This document shows, in pieces, positions 25,839-38,896 of a stretch of 64,000 bases of DNA; position 1 is the first letter of the stretch; each line of letters begins with the position of its first letter. The position numbers and the translations under genes are program-made. This stretch comes from Ranitomeya imitator (taxonomy: Eukaryota), in NCBI RefSeq assembly GCF_032444005.1, contig NC_091287.1, positions 459,482,001 to 459,546,000 on the forward strand, written 5' to 3'. The notes beneath the pieces are model-generated. The model was not told the DNA's origin and made no database searches. It saw nothing but the letters and a program-made list of their open reading frames with translations.

Positions 25839-28780
25839 GTAATGTCAGGACCAGGCGTCCGTCAGGAGGGAGCCCTATTATACAGTAATGTCAGGCCTCT
25901 GGCAGGAGGAAGCACTATTAGGTTATGTGAACACATTGCGGATTAGTCTTAGGAATTTCTGGTGCGGATTCTGCCTCTCCTGGCAGAAACCGCACCTGCG
26001 GATTTGTTGCATTTTTTGTGCGGTTCCACTGCGTTTTTTGTGCGTTTTTGCTACGGTTTTCTTGCGGATTTGCTGCGTTTTTTTACCCCTGCGGTTTACT
26101 ATAATGGAATGGGTACAAAAACGCTGCAGATTCACAAAAAAGAAGTGACATGCTTCTTCTTTTAAAACGCAGCGTTTTCGCAGCGGATTTTCCACAAAGT
26201 GTGCACAGCATTTTTTTTTTTCTCATTGATTTACATTGTACTGTAAATCAATTGCGGATCTGCAAGTTTCTGCACTGCAAAAAACGCTGCGGATCCGCAG
26301 AGAATCCGCAACGTGTGCACATACCCTAATTCAGTAATGTCAGGACCAGGCATCTGTCAGGAGGGAGCACTATTATACAGTAATGTCAGGACCAGGCATC
26401 TGTAAGGAGGAGGGAGCACTATTATACAGTAATGTCAGGACCCGGGGTCTGGCAGGAGGGAGCACTATTATACAGTAATGTCAGGACCAGGCGTCTGGCA
26501 GGAGGGAGCACTATTATACAGTAATGTCAGGACCAGGCATCTGTGAGGAGGGAGCACTATTATACAGTAATGTCAGGACCAGGCGTCTGGCAGGAGGGAG
26601 CACTATTATACAGTAATGTCAGGACCAAGCGTCTGGCAGGAGGGAGCACTATTATACAGTAATGTCAGGACCAGGCGTCCGGCAGGAGGGAGCACTATTA
26701 TACAGTAATGTCAGGACCAGGCGTCTGTCAGGAGGGAGCACTATTATACAGTAATGTCAGGACCAGGCATCTGTAAGGAGGAGGGAGCACTATTATACAG
26801 TAATGTCAGGACCAAGCGTCTGTCAGGAGGGAGCACTATTATACAGTAATGTCAGGACCAAGCGTCTGGCAGGAGGGAGCACTATTATACAGTAATGTCA
26901 GGACCAAGCGTCTGGCAGGAGGGAGCACTATTATACAGTAATGTCAGGACCAGGCGTCCGGCAGGAGGGAGCACTATTATACAGTAATGTCAGGACCAGG
27001 CGTCTGTCAGGAGGGAGCACTATTATACAGTAATGTCAGGACCAGGCGTCTGTCAGGAGGGAGCACTATTATACAGTAATGTCAGGACCAAGCGTCTGGC
27101 AGGAGGGAACACTATTGTACAGTAATGTCAGGACCAGGCATCTGTGAGGAGGGAGCACTATTATACAGTAATGTCAGGACCAAGCGTCTGGCAGGAGGGA
27201 GCACTATTATACAGTAATGTCAGGACCAGGCGTCTGTCAGGAGGGAGCACTATTATACAGTAATGTCAGGACCAGGCATCTGTGAGGAGGGAGCACTATT
27301 ATACAGTAATGTCAGGACCAGGGGTCTGGCAGGAGGCAGCACTATTATACAGTAATGTCAGGACCAGGCGTCTGTCAGGAGGGAGCACTATTATACAGTA
27401 ATGTCAGGACCAGGCGTCTGTCAGGAGGGAGCACTATTATACAGTAATGTCAGGACCAGGCGTCTGTGAGGAGGGAGCACTATTATACAGTAATGTCAGG
27501 ACCAAGCGTCTGGCAGGAGGGAGCACTATTATACAGTAATGTCAGGACCAGGCGTCTGGCAGGAGGGAGCACTATTATACAGTAATGTCAGGACCCGGGG
27601 TCTGGCAGGAGGGAGCACTATTATACAGTAATGTCAGGACCAGGCGTCTGTGAGGAGGGAGCACTATTATACAGTAATGTCAGGACCAGGCGTCTGGCAG
27701 GAGGGAGCACTATTATACAGTAATGTCAGGACCAGGCGTCTGTGAGGAGGGAGCACTATTATACAGTAATGTCAGGACCAGGCGTCTGTCAGGAGGGAGC
27801 ACTATTATACAGTAATGTCAGGACCAGGCGTCTGTGAGGAGGGAGCACTATTATACAGTAATGTCAGGACCAAGCGTCTGGCAGGAGGGAGCACTATTAT
27901 ACAGTAATGTCAGGACCAGGCGTCTGGCAGGAGGGAGCACTATTATACAGTAATGTCAGGACCAGGCGTCTGGCAGGAGGGAGCACTATTATACAGTAAT
28001 GTCAGGACCCGGGGTCTGGCAGGAGGGAGCACTATTATACAGTAATGTCAGGACCAGGCGTCTGGTAGGAGGGAGCACTATTATACAGTAATGTCAGGAC
28101 CAGGCGTCTGGCAGGAGGGAGCACTATTATACAGTAATGTCAGGACCAGGCGTCCAGCAGGAGAGAGCACTATTATACAGTAATGTCAGGACCAAGCGTC
28201 TGGCAGGAGGGAGCACTATTATACAGTAATGTCAGGACCAGGCGTCCAGCAGGAGAGAGCACTATTATACAGTAATGTCAGGACCAAGCGTCTGGCAGGA
28301 GGGAGCACTATTATACAGTAATGTCAGGACCAGGGGTCTGGCAGGAGGGAGCACTATTATACAGTAATGTCAGGACCAGGCGTCTGTGAGGAGGGAGCAC
28401 TATTATACAGTAATGTCAGGACCAAGCGTCTGGCAGGAGGGAGCACTATTATACAGTAATGTCAGGACCAGGCGTCTGTGAGGAAGGAGCACTATTATAC
28501 AGTAATGTCAGGACCCGGGGTCTGGCAGGAGGGAGCACTATTATACAGTAATGTCAGGACCAGGCGTCTGTCAGGAGGGAGCACTATTATACAGTAATGT
28601 CAGGACCAGGCGTCTGTCAGGAGGGAGCACTATTATACAGAAATGTCAGGACCAGGCGTCTGTGAGGAGGGAGCACTATTATACAGTAATGTCAGGACCA
28701 GGCGTCTGTGAGGAGGGAGCACTATTATACAGAAATGTCAGGACCAGGCGTCTGTGAGGAGGGAGCACTATTATACAGTA
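25839..28780. repeat. 46-bp satellite array 1 (~55 units), interrupted near its start by a MITE
   Basis: Unit CAGTAATGTCAGGACCAGGCGTCTGGCAGGAGGGAGCACTATTATA. Confidence 0.97.
25921..26326. mobile_element. PIF/Harbinger-type MITE, inverted relative of 24537-24923
   Basis: TIRs GGTTATGTGAACAC / GTGTGCACATACCC; TTA and TAA flanks; interior is the reverse complement of the 24537 copy. Confidence 0.88.
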
Positions 28781-29172
28781 ACTAGACTGTGGCCCGATTC
28801 TAACGCATCGGGTATTCTAGAATATGCATGTCCCCGTAGTATATGGACAATGATGATTCCAGAATTCGCGGCACACTGTGTCCGTCGCTGATTGATCGAG
28901 GCAACCTTTATGACATCATCGTCGCCATGGCAACCATTATGACATCATCGTCGCTGTGCCCGTTGCTGATTCTACGTCCTTTATGACATCATCGTCGCTG
29001 TGCCCGTTGCTGATTGGTCGAGACCTGGCGGCCTCGACCAATCAGAGACGCGGGATTTCTACGTCGATGCTGTGCCGGTCTCTGATTGATTGGTCGAGGC
29101 CGCCAGGCCTCGACCAGAGAGCCGGGATTTCCAGGACAGACAGACAGACAGACGGAAAAACCCTTAGACAAT
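28781..29172 (+). mobile_element. Non-autonomous Helitron/Helentron-like (DINE-like) element, 3' tip missing
   Basis: Starts ACTAGACTGTGGCCCGATTCTAACGCATCGGG (short stem), internal GATTGGTCGAG inverted repeats, ends (GACA)n CGGAAAAACCCTTAGACAAT. No TSD. Family assignment is an inference. Confidence 0.5.
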
Positions 29173-29702
29173 TTTTGTAGCAATGCCCCTTGAGTACCCC
29201 TTTTTTAAATTTCAAAAATGTGGGTTGTCACAGGTGGTAAAATGCAGTGATAACTTAGTGCCACCTGCACTGGCACAGTGAAGTCATGTTGGCCCAAGGC
29301 CTTCAGGAACGGGGAGCCTACAGGACGTATCCAACTGTATCATGTTAACGCTAATACAATTCCAAATGGTGGAATTTGCAATGCCCCCGGTCTCTAGCAT
29401 TAGCTATGTCACATAGAGGAGTAATATTTTAAAAGGAAAAAAAGATGGATTTTTTTCTTCTGTAATTGGGCACCATGAACAGATGTATACCCATCAGCAA
29501 TTAACCTAACTGAATTCTAGTAAAAAAATAATATTTTTAAATTATTACAAATTTACTTTGTTTTCAGAATCTGCATTGTTGGAATTCTATTTTGTAGTAT
29601 GTCTCTTAAAGAAGCCCCCAGAAAATAAATGCAAATTGCTGGTTTTCATGCACATATTGCTCCAGGTATCTGTTTACTTCTTAGGTGCCAAGAAGTGATT
29701 AA

Positions 29703-30425
29703 AGGTACCGTCACACTAAGCGGCGCTGCAGCGATACCGACAACGATCCGGATCGCTGCAGCGTCGCTGTTTGGTCGCTGGAGAGCTGTCACACAGACAG
29801 CTCTCCAGCGACCAACGATGCCGGTAACCAGGGTAAACATCGGGTAACTAAGCGCAGGGCCGCGCTTAGTAACCCGATGTTTACCCTGGTTACCATCCTA
29901 AAAGTAAAAAAACAAACAGTACATACTTACCTACAGCCATCTGTCCTCCAGCGCTGTGCTCTGCTCTCCTCCTGTACTGTCTGTGTGAGCACAGCGGCCG
30001 GAAAGCAGAGCGGTGACGTCACCGCTCTGCTTTCCGGCTGACCGACGCTCACAGCCAGTACAGGAGGAGTGCAGAGCACAGCGCTGGAGGACAGACGGCT
30101 GTAGGTAAGTATGTACTGTTTGTTTTTTTACTTTTAGGATGGTAACCAGGGTAAACATCGGGTTACTAAGCGCGGCCCTGCGCTTAGTTACCCGATGTTT
30201 ACCCTGGTTACCAGTGAAGACATCGCTGAATCGGTGTCACACATGCCGATTCAGCGATGTCTGCGGGGAGTCCAGCGACCAAATAAAGTTCTGGACTTTC
30301 TTCCCCGACCAGCGACAGCACAGCAGGGGCCTGATCGCTGCTGCCTGTCACACTGGACGATATCGCTAGCGAGGACGCTGCAACGTCACGGATCACTAGC
30401 GATATCGTCTAGTGTGACGGTACCT
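29703..30425. mobile_element. Long palindromic PIF/Harbinger-type MITE
   Basis: AGGTACCGTCACACTA / TAGTGTGACGGTACCT TIRs, TAA duplication, large internal inverted repeat (29820-30215). Confidence 0.9.
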
Positions 30426-31007
30426 TAATTGTGACTATATTATTGTAACCCTTACAGTGCTAAGTTCACTGGCTGTAACGGAGATAATAACATAGCTGAA
30501 AGTTATGTCATAGTGATCACCAATCTGCCAGGCATCCTAGTTTGCATTGTTTAATATTCGAGCTTTTTCTGATCATTGCGGAATGTGAACACAGCCTAAG
30601 CGGATTCCATTGTCCCAAATGTATCAGCTAATGATTAGCTTCTGTGATGCATGTGTTTTATTTGCTTTCTTACATTTCAAGTGGCAATAATTCCAGCTCA
30701 TGTGACACTTAGGTGCCAAATTGCATGAAGAATGTGACATTTGCACCTTTACATGCATTTATTGGCGTTTATTTAATCCTGTTGCATGGAAATAAATCTC
30801 ACTGAACCACATGAATTAGCATGTTTTCCACATAGCGCTGGACAAAATCTTAGTAGAAAAGAGGAAATAAGAACAAAAAATAAACTTTCCATATAAAATA
30901 ACCCTAAACAAGTATTCTGAGCTGATAAGTATATCCGAGCCCAGGTGCGGACTGGAGCTGAAATTCAGTCCTGGCATTTGAAATCACACAGACCCATGTT
31001 GTCCCCT

Positions 31008-34000
31008 AATGTCAGGACCAGGCGTCTGTGAGGAGGGAGCACTATTATACAGTAATGTCAGGACCAGGCGTCTGTCAGGAGGGAGCACTATTATACAGTA
31101 ATGTCAGGACCAGGCGTCTGTCAGGAGGGAGCACTATTATACAGTAATGTCAGGACCAGGCGTCTGTGAGGAGGGAGCACTATTATACAGTAATGTCAGG
31201 ACCAGGCGTCTGGCAGGAGGGAGCACTATTATACAGTAATGTCAGGACCAGGCGTCTGTGAGGAGGGGGCACTATTATACAGTAATGTCAGGACCAGGCG
31301 TCTGGCAGGAGGGAGCGCTATTATACAGTAATGTCAGGACCAGGCGTCTGTGAGGAGGGAGCACTATTATACAGTAATGTCAGGACCAGGCGTCTGGCAG
31401 GAGGAGGGAGCACTATTATACAGTAATGTCAGGACCAGGCGTCTGTCAGGAGGGAGCACTATTATACAGTAATGTCAGGACCAGGCGTCTGTGAGGAAGG
31501 AGCACTATTATACAGTAATGTCAGGACCAGGCGTCTGGCAGGAGGGAGCACTATTATACAGTAATGTCAGGACCAGGCGTCTGGCAGGAGGGAGCACTAT
31601 TATACAGTAATGTCAGGACCAGGCGTCTGTGAGGAGGGAGCACTATTATACAGTAATGTCAGGACCAGACGTCTGGCAGGAGGGAGCACTATTATACAGT
31701 AATGTCAGGACCAGGCGTCTGGCAGGAGGGAACACTATTGTACAGTAATGTCAGGACCAGACGCTGTGAGGAGGGAGCACTATTATACAGTAATGTCAGG
31801 ACCAAGCGTCTGTGAGGAGGGAGCACTATTATACAGTAATGTCAGGACCAGGCGTCTGTCAGGAGGGAGCACTATTATACAGTAATGTCAGGACCAGGCG
31901 TCTGTGAGGAGGGAGCACTATTATACAGTAATGTCAGGACCAGGCGTCTGTCAGGAGGGAGCACTATTATACAGTAATGTCAGGACCAGGCGTCTGTCAG
32001 GAGGGAGCACTATTATACAGTAATGTCAGGACCAGGCGTCTGTGAGGAGGGAGCACTATTATACAGTAATGTCAGGACCAGGCGTCTGGCAGGAGGGAGC
32101 ACTATTATACAGTAATGTCAGGACCAGGCATCCGGCAGGAGGGAGCACTATTATACAGTAATGTCAGGACCAAGCGTCTGGCAGGAGGGAGCACTATTAT
32201 ACAGTAATGTCAGGACCAGGCGTCTGTGAGGAGGGAGCACTATTATACAGTAATGTCAGGACCAGGCGTCTGGCAGGAGGGAGCACTATTATACAGTAAT
32301 GTCAGGACCAGACGTCTGGCAGGAGGGAGCACTATTATACAGTAATGTCAGGACCAGGCGTCTGGCAGGAGGGAGCACTATTATACAGTAATGTCAGGAC
32401 CAGGCGTCCGGCAGGAGGGAGCACTATTATACAGTAATGTCAGGACCAGGCATCCGGCAGGAGGGAGCACTATTATACAGTAATGTCAGGACCAGGCGTC
32501 TGGCAGGAGGGAGCACTATTATACAGTAATGTCAGGACCAGGCGTCTGGCAGGAGGGAGCACTATTATACAGTAATGTCAGGACCAGGCGTCTGTGAGGA
32601 GGGAGCACTATTATACAGTAATGCCAGGACCAGACGTCTGGCAGGAGGGAGCACTATTATACAGTAATGTCAGGACCAGGCGTCTGGCAGGAGGGAGCAC
32701 TATTATACAGTAATGTCAGGACCAGGCGTCTGGCAGGAGGGAACACTATTGTACAGTAATGTCAGGACCAGACGCTGTGAGGAGGGAGCACTATTATACA
32801 GTAATGTCAGGACCAAGCGTCTGTGAGGAGGGAGCACTATTATACAGTAATGTCAGGACCAGGCGTCTGTCAGGAGGGAGCACTATTATACAGTAATGTC
32901 AGGACCAGGCGTCTGTGAGGAGGGAGCACTATTATACAGTAATGTCAGGACCAGGCGTCTGTGAGGAGGGAGCACTATTATACAGTAATGTCAGGACCAG
33001 GCGTCTGTCAGGAGGGAGCACTATTATACAGTAATGTCAGGACCAGGCGTCTGGCAGGAGGGAGCACTATTATACAGTAATGTCAGGACCAGGCGTCTGT
33101 CAGGAGGGAGCACTATTATACAGTAATGTCAGGACCAGGCGTCTGGCAGGAGGGAGCACTATTATACAGTAATGTCAGGACCAGGCGTCTGTCAGGAGGG
33201 AGCACTATTATACAGTAATGTCAGGACCAGGCGTCTGGCAGGAGGGAGCACTATTATACAGAAATGTCAGGACCAGGCGTCTGGCAGGAGGGAGCACTAT
33301 TATACAGTAATGTCAGGACCAGGCGTCTGTCAGGAGGGAGCACTATTATACAGTAATGTCAGGACCAGGCGTCTGTGAGGAGGGAGCACTATTATACAGT
33401 AATGTCAGGACCAGGCGTCTGTGAGGAGGGAGCACTATTATACAGTAATGTCAGGACCAGGCGTCTGGCAGGAGGGAGCACTATTATACAGTAATGTCAG
33501 GACCAGGCGTCTGGCAGGAGGGAGCACTATTATACAGTAATGTCAGGACCAGGCGTCTGGCAGGAGGGAGCACTATTATACAGTAATGTCAGGACCAGGC
33601 GTCTGTCAGGAGGGAGCACTATTATACAGTAATGTCAGGACCAAGCGTCTGTGAGGAGGGAGCACTATTATACAGTAATGTCAGGACCAGGCGTCTGTGA
33701 GGAGGGAGCACTATTATACAGTAATGTCAGGACCAGGCGTCTGTCAGGAGGGAGCACTATTATACAGTAATGTCAGGACCAGGCGTCTGGCAGGAGGGAG
33801 CACTATTATACAGTAATGTCAGGACCAGGCGTCTGTCAGGAGGGAGCACTATTATACAGTAATGTCAGGACCAGGCGTCTGGCAGGAGGGAGCACTATTA
33901 TACAGAAATGTCAGGACCAGGCGTCTGGCAGGAGGGAGCACTATTATACAGTAATGTCAGGACCAGGCGTCTGTCAGGAGGGAGCACTATTATACAGTAA

Positions 34001-34515
34001 TGTCAGGACCAGGCGTCTGTGAGGAGGGAGCACTATTATACAGTAATGTCAGGACCAGGCGTCTGGCAGGAGGGAGCACTATTATACAGTAATGTCAGGA
34101 CCAGGCATCCGGCAGGAGGGAGCACTATTATACAGTAATGTCAGGACCAAGCGTCTGGCAGGAGGGAGCACTATTATACAGTAATGTCAGGACCAGGCGT
34201 CTGTGAGGAGGGAGCACTATTATACAGTAATGTCAGGACCAGGCGTCTGGCAGGAGGGAGCACTATTATACAGTAATGTCAGGACCAGACGTCTGGCAGG
34301 AGGGAGCACTATTATACAGTAATGTCAGGACCAGGCGTCTGGCAGGAGGGAGCACTATTATACAGTAATGTCAGGACCAGGCGTCCGGCAGGAGGGAGCA
34401 CTATTATACAGTAATGTCAGGACCAGGCGTCTGGCAGGAGGGAGCACTATTATACAGTAATGTTATACAGTAATGTCAGGACCAGGCGTCTGTCAGTCTG
34501 TCACTATTATACAGT
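31008..34515. repeat. 46-bp satellite array 2 (~75 units), same unit and orientation as array 1
   Basis: Same 46-mer; contains duplicated multi-unit blocks. Confidence 0.97.
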
Positions 34516-35856
34516 CTGTCCATGTCCTTCAGAGCAGTAATCACCTGATACTGACTTTGCTGTATGAAAACTTCTAGGCAGAGACTATAGATCCTGCTGA
34601 GGACGCCCATGTACTCTGCAGGTCACATTGTGTGTTTCACGCTCCACATCCATTGTTGGAATACTATTATTTCACCTATTCACAACTTCATAAAGGAGCT
34701 AAAGGTGTCAAACTGAAAGAAGCGCGAAGAACGATCCCCTGACAGCTCAGGATCACATCACCACATATAACTGCAGGGTGAGAAAATTATATTTCTGTTT
34801 CTGCCCAAAGCTTCCCTTAAAAATCTCTAAAAGAGAATCTCCAACTTATTTTTCCAGTTACTCTTCATTATGGTACCAAACTCTATATTTACTTCATTGG
34901 CCACGTTCACACAATGTAGAAAATTTACTTTGATGATTTGGTCACAAATATTCAACAAACCATGATGCAATCCGCAGGGGTTACATATTCTGCACCACAA
35001 ATCCTGACTGTGTGAACATAATTGATCTTATGCTGAGGGTCCCAGTGGTCGGACTGGTTCTGATACTGATGTACAAACTCAGGATCATTAGCTGTGAAGA
35101 GCCGCAATGTACAGAACTGGAGAGTGTGTCGACATTTCTCGCGGGGCTAGCAGTGAGCTCATTCAGGTCGCCGCAGTTCATTGGGCGGCTTCAGTGACCT
35201 GCGGTAACCATAATGATGTCACCGCAGGTCAGTGAAGCTGCTCTCTGACGCTCATTGTCTCCTGAATGCCAGGCTGAACGGTTGCATCATCCCACTACTC
35301 ATCAAGGCATCCAGATGAAGATGGATTATGGTGTAGGAGAAATGGAGTATCCTTGGACATGGGAGGAATATGATTTTTTTTTATTTTTAAATTTACACTA
35401 ATAAATAGGTAAAAGAGGGTGGGCAGTGTTTATTCCAAATAAAGGACATTATTCTGGCTGTGTCTTTATTACAACCTTACCATGGGGTTATTTAATGGGG
35501 GCATCTTACAGACACCTCTCCATTACTAACCCCTGGGCTTGATTTCAGAGGCCATCCCTTTTCTCTGTACACTCCTTACTATTTATGTGTGATCTGTAGA
35601 CCGGCTCCATCCCTATTCTATATACATTCCTTACTATATATGTGTGATCTGTATACAGGCTCCATCACTATTCTATATACACTCCTTACTACATATGAGT
35701 ATCTGTATACAGGCTCCATCCCTATCCTATATACATTCCTTACTACATATGAGTATCTGTATACAGGCTCCATCCCTATTCTATATACACTCCTTACTAC
35801 ATATGTGTGTTCTGGGTACAGGCTCCATCCAGGTCCTATAAACTCCTTACTATATA

Positions 35857-37378
35857 CAGATGCTTCTCACAAAATTAGAATATCATCCAAAAGTTAATTT
35901 CAGTTCTTCAATACAAAAAGTGAACTCCTATATTATATAGAGTCATTACAAACAGAGTGATCTATTTCAAGTGTTTATTTCTGTTAATGTTGATGATTAT
36001 GGCTTACAGCCAATGAAAACCCAAAAGTCATTATCTCAGTATATTAGAATTTTTAATATAAAACACCTGCAAAAGCTACCTAAGCGTTTGAAAAGGTTCC
36101 TTAGTCTGCAGTAGGCTCCACAATCATGGGGAAGACTGCTGACTTGACAGATGTCCAGAAGGCAGTCACTGACACACTCCACAAAGAGGGTAAGCCACAA
36201 AAGGTCATTGCTAAAGAAGCTGGCTGTTCACAGAGTACTGTATCCTGCATATTAATGGAAAGTTGAGTGGAAGGAGAAAGTGTGGTAGAAATAGGTACAC
36301 AAGCAACCAGGATAACCACAGCCTTGAAAGGATTGTTAAGAAAAGGCCATTCAAAAATTTGGGGGAGATTCACAAGCAGCGGACTGCTGCTGGAGTCATT
36401 GCTTCATGAGCCACCACACACAGACGTATCCAGAACATGGGCTACAAGTGTCACATTCCTTGTGTCAAGCCAGAAGCATCTTACCTGGGCCAAGGAGAAA
36501 AAAAACTGGACTGTTGCTCAGTGGTCCAAGGTTTTGTTTTCAGATGAAAGTAAATTTTGCATTTCATTTGGAAATCAAGGTCCCAGAGTCTGGAGGAAGA
36601 GTGGAGAGGCCACAATCCAAGCTGCTTGAAGTCTAGTGTGAAGTTTCCACAGTCAGTGAAGGTTTGGGGAGCCATGTCATCTGCTGGTGTAAGTCCATTT
36701 TGTTTTAAGAAGACCAAAGTCAGCGCAGCCGTCTACCAGGGAATTTTAGAGCACTTCATACTTCCTTCTGCCGACAAGCTTTTTGGAGATGGAAATTGAA
36801 TTCTCCAGCAGGACTTGGCACCTATCCACACTGCCAAAGTACCAATACCTGGTTTAAAAACAGCAGTATCACTGTGCTTGATTGGCAGCAAACTCGCCTG
36901 ACCTTAACCCCATAGAGAATCTATGGTGTATTGTGAAGAGAAAGATGAGACACCAGACTCAACAATACAGATGAGCTGAAGGCTGCTATCAAAGCAACGT
37001 GGGCTTCCATAACACCTCAGCAGTGCCACAGGCTGATCGCCTCCATGCCACGCTGTATTGATGCAGTAATTGATGCAAAAGGATCCCCGACCAAGTATTG
37101 AGTGCATTTACTGAACATACATTTCAGTAGGCCAACATTTCGGATTTTAAAATAATTTTTCAAGCTGGTATTGTAAAGTATTCTAATTTACTGAGATAAT
37201 GACTTTTGGTTTTTCATTGGCTATAAGCCATAATCATCAACATTAACAGAAATAAACACTTGAAATAGATCACTCTGTTTGTAATGACTCTATATAATAC
37301 ATGAGTTTCACGTTTTGTATTGAAGAACTGAAATAAAATAACTTTTTGATGATATTCTAATTTTGTGAGAAGCATCTG
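35857..37378 (+). mobile_element. Tc1 transposon A, transposase pseudogene (ATG 36126 to ~37101)
   Basis: TA-flanked CAGATGCTTCTCACAAAATTAGAATATC TIRs; MGKTADLTDVQK..., FSDESKFC, QQDLAP and [10 protein letters not shown] in shifted frames. Confidence 0.93.
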
Positions 37379-38572
37379 TATGTGTGATCTGTATATAGGC
37401 TCCATCCCTGTCCTATATACACTCCATACTATACATGTGAGATTTGGGAATAGGCCACATTCCTGTCCTATATACACTCCTTATTATATATGTGTGATCT
37501 GTACACAGGCCCCATCCCTGTCCTACATACTCTCCTTACTATATATGTGTGATTTGGGTACAGGCTCCATCCCTGTCCTATATACTCTCCTTACTATATA
37601 TGTGTTATCAGGGCACAGGCTCCATCCCTGTCCTATATACTCTCCTTACTATATATGTGTGATCTGGGTATAGGCTCCATCCCTGTCCTATATATTCTCC
37701 TTACTATATATGTGTGATCTGGGTACAGGCTCCATCCCTGTCCTATATACTCTCCTTACTATATATGTGTGATCTGGGTACAGGCTCCATCCCTGTCCTA
37801 TATACTCTCCTTACTATATATATGTGTGATCTGGGTATAGGCTCCATCCCTGTCCTATATACTCTCCTTACTATATATGTGTGATCTGGGTACAGGCTCC
37901 ATCCCTGTCCTATATACTCTCCTTACTATATATATGTGTGATCTGGGTATAGGCTCCATCCCTGTCCTATATACTCTCCTTACTATATATGTGTGATCTG
38001 GGTACAGGCTCCATCCCTGTCCTATATACTCTCCTTACTATATATATGTGTGATCTGGGTATAGGCTCCATCCCTGTCCTATATACTCTCCTTACTATAT
38101 ATGTGTGATCTGGGTACAGGCTCCATCCCTGTCCTATATACTCTCCTTACTATATATGTGTGATCTGGGTATAGGCTCCATCCCTGTCCTATATACTCTC
38201 CTTACTATACATTTGAGATCTGGGAATAGGCCCCATCCCGGTCCTACATACTCTCCTTACTATATATGTGTGATCCGAGTACAGGCCCCATCCCTGTCCT
38301 ATATACTCTCCTTACTATATACAGTAAAGACCAAAAGTTTGGACACATCTTGTCGTTTAAAGATTTTTCTGTATTTTCATGACTATGAAAATTGTAAGTT
38401 CACACTGAAGGCATCAAAACTATCAATTAACACATGTGGAATTATATACTTAACAAAAAAGTGTGAAACAACTGAAATTATGTCTTATATTCTAGGTCTT
38501 TCAAAGTAGCCACCTTTTGCTTTGATGAATGCTTTGCACACTCTTGGCATTCTCTTGATGAGCTTCAAGAGG

Positions 38573-38896
38573 TATCCAAACAGTCAATAGTGGCGCACTC
38601 ACTCAATATTGGTGCCAAAAGGAAAAAATAGTCATATATTAGAGAAAATAACCACACTACCTCCCATCATTAGACACATGCCGACTGCGGACACAGCTAC
38701 AGCGATATTATAAGTGTGAGCCGGACGGCTCTTGGCATACCTTGGCTACTACTCCCTGTGTAAAGAGTTCCTTGAGAAAGGCAAAAAATTGCCGAAACGT
38801 TGGATGATTTTTGATGTCTATTATTCCTGTATATCAGCTGAGTGTTGAAGATAAATGAATAAAAATATCTCTTTTTCAAAGAAACAATTGAACAAT
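38573..38896 (+). mobile_element. Penelope-like retroelement pLTR fragment with a hammerhead-like motif
   Basis: Flanked by the 14-bp duplication TGAGCTTCAAGAGG; contains TCCTTGAGAAAGGCAAAAAATTGCCGAAACGTTGGA followed by an AT-rich tail with AATAAA. Confidence 0.7.
38769..38804 (+). ncRNA. Minimal type I hammerhead ribozyme-like motif (variant core)
   Basis: Stem I TCC/GGA; core CTTGAGA; stem II GGCAA-AAAA-TTGCC; GAAA; palindromic stem III ACGT; putative GUU cleavage triplet. Confidence 0.55.

Noticed and set aside
25839-34515. CRISPR-like regular repeat array
   Set aside because: Contiguous 46-bp monomers with no unique spacers, no cas genes, and a vertebrate context; it is a satellite.
34510-34620. 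Minus-strand open stretch EYMGVLSRIYSLCLEVFIQQSQYQ
   Set aside because: Weak splice sites and no recognisable homology.
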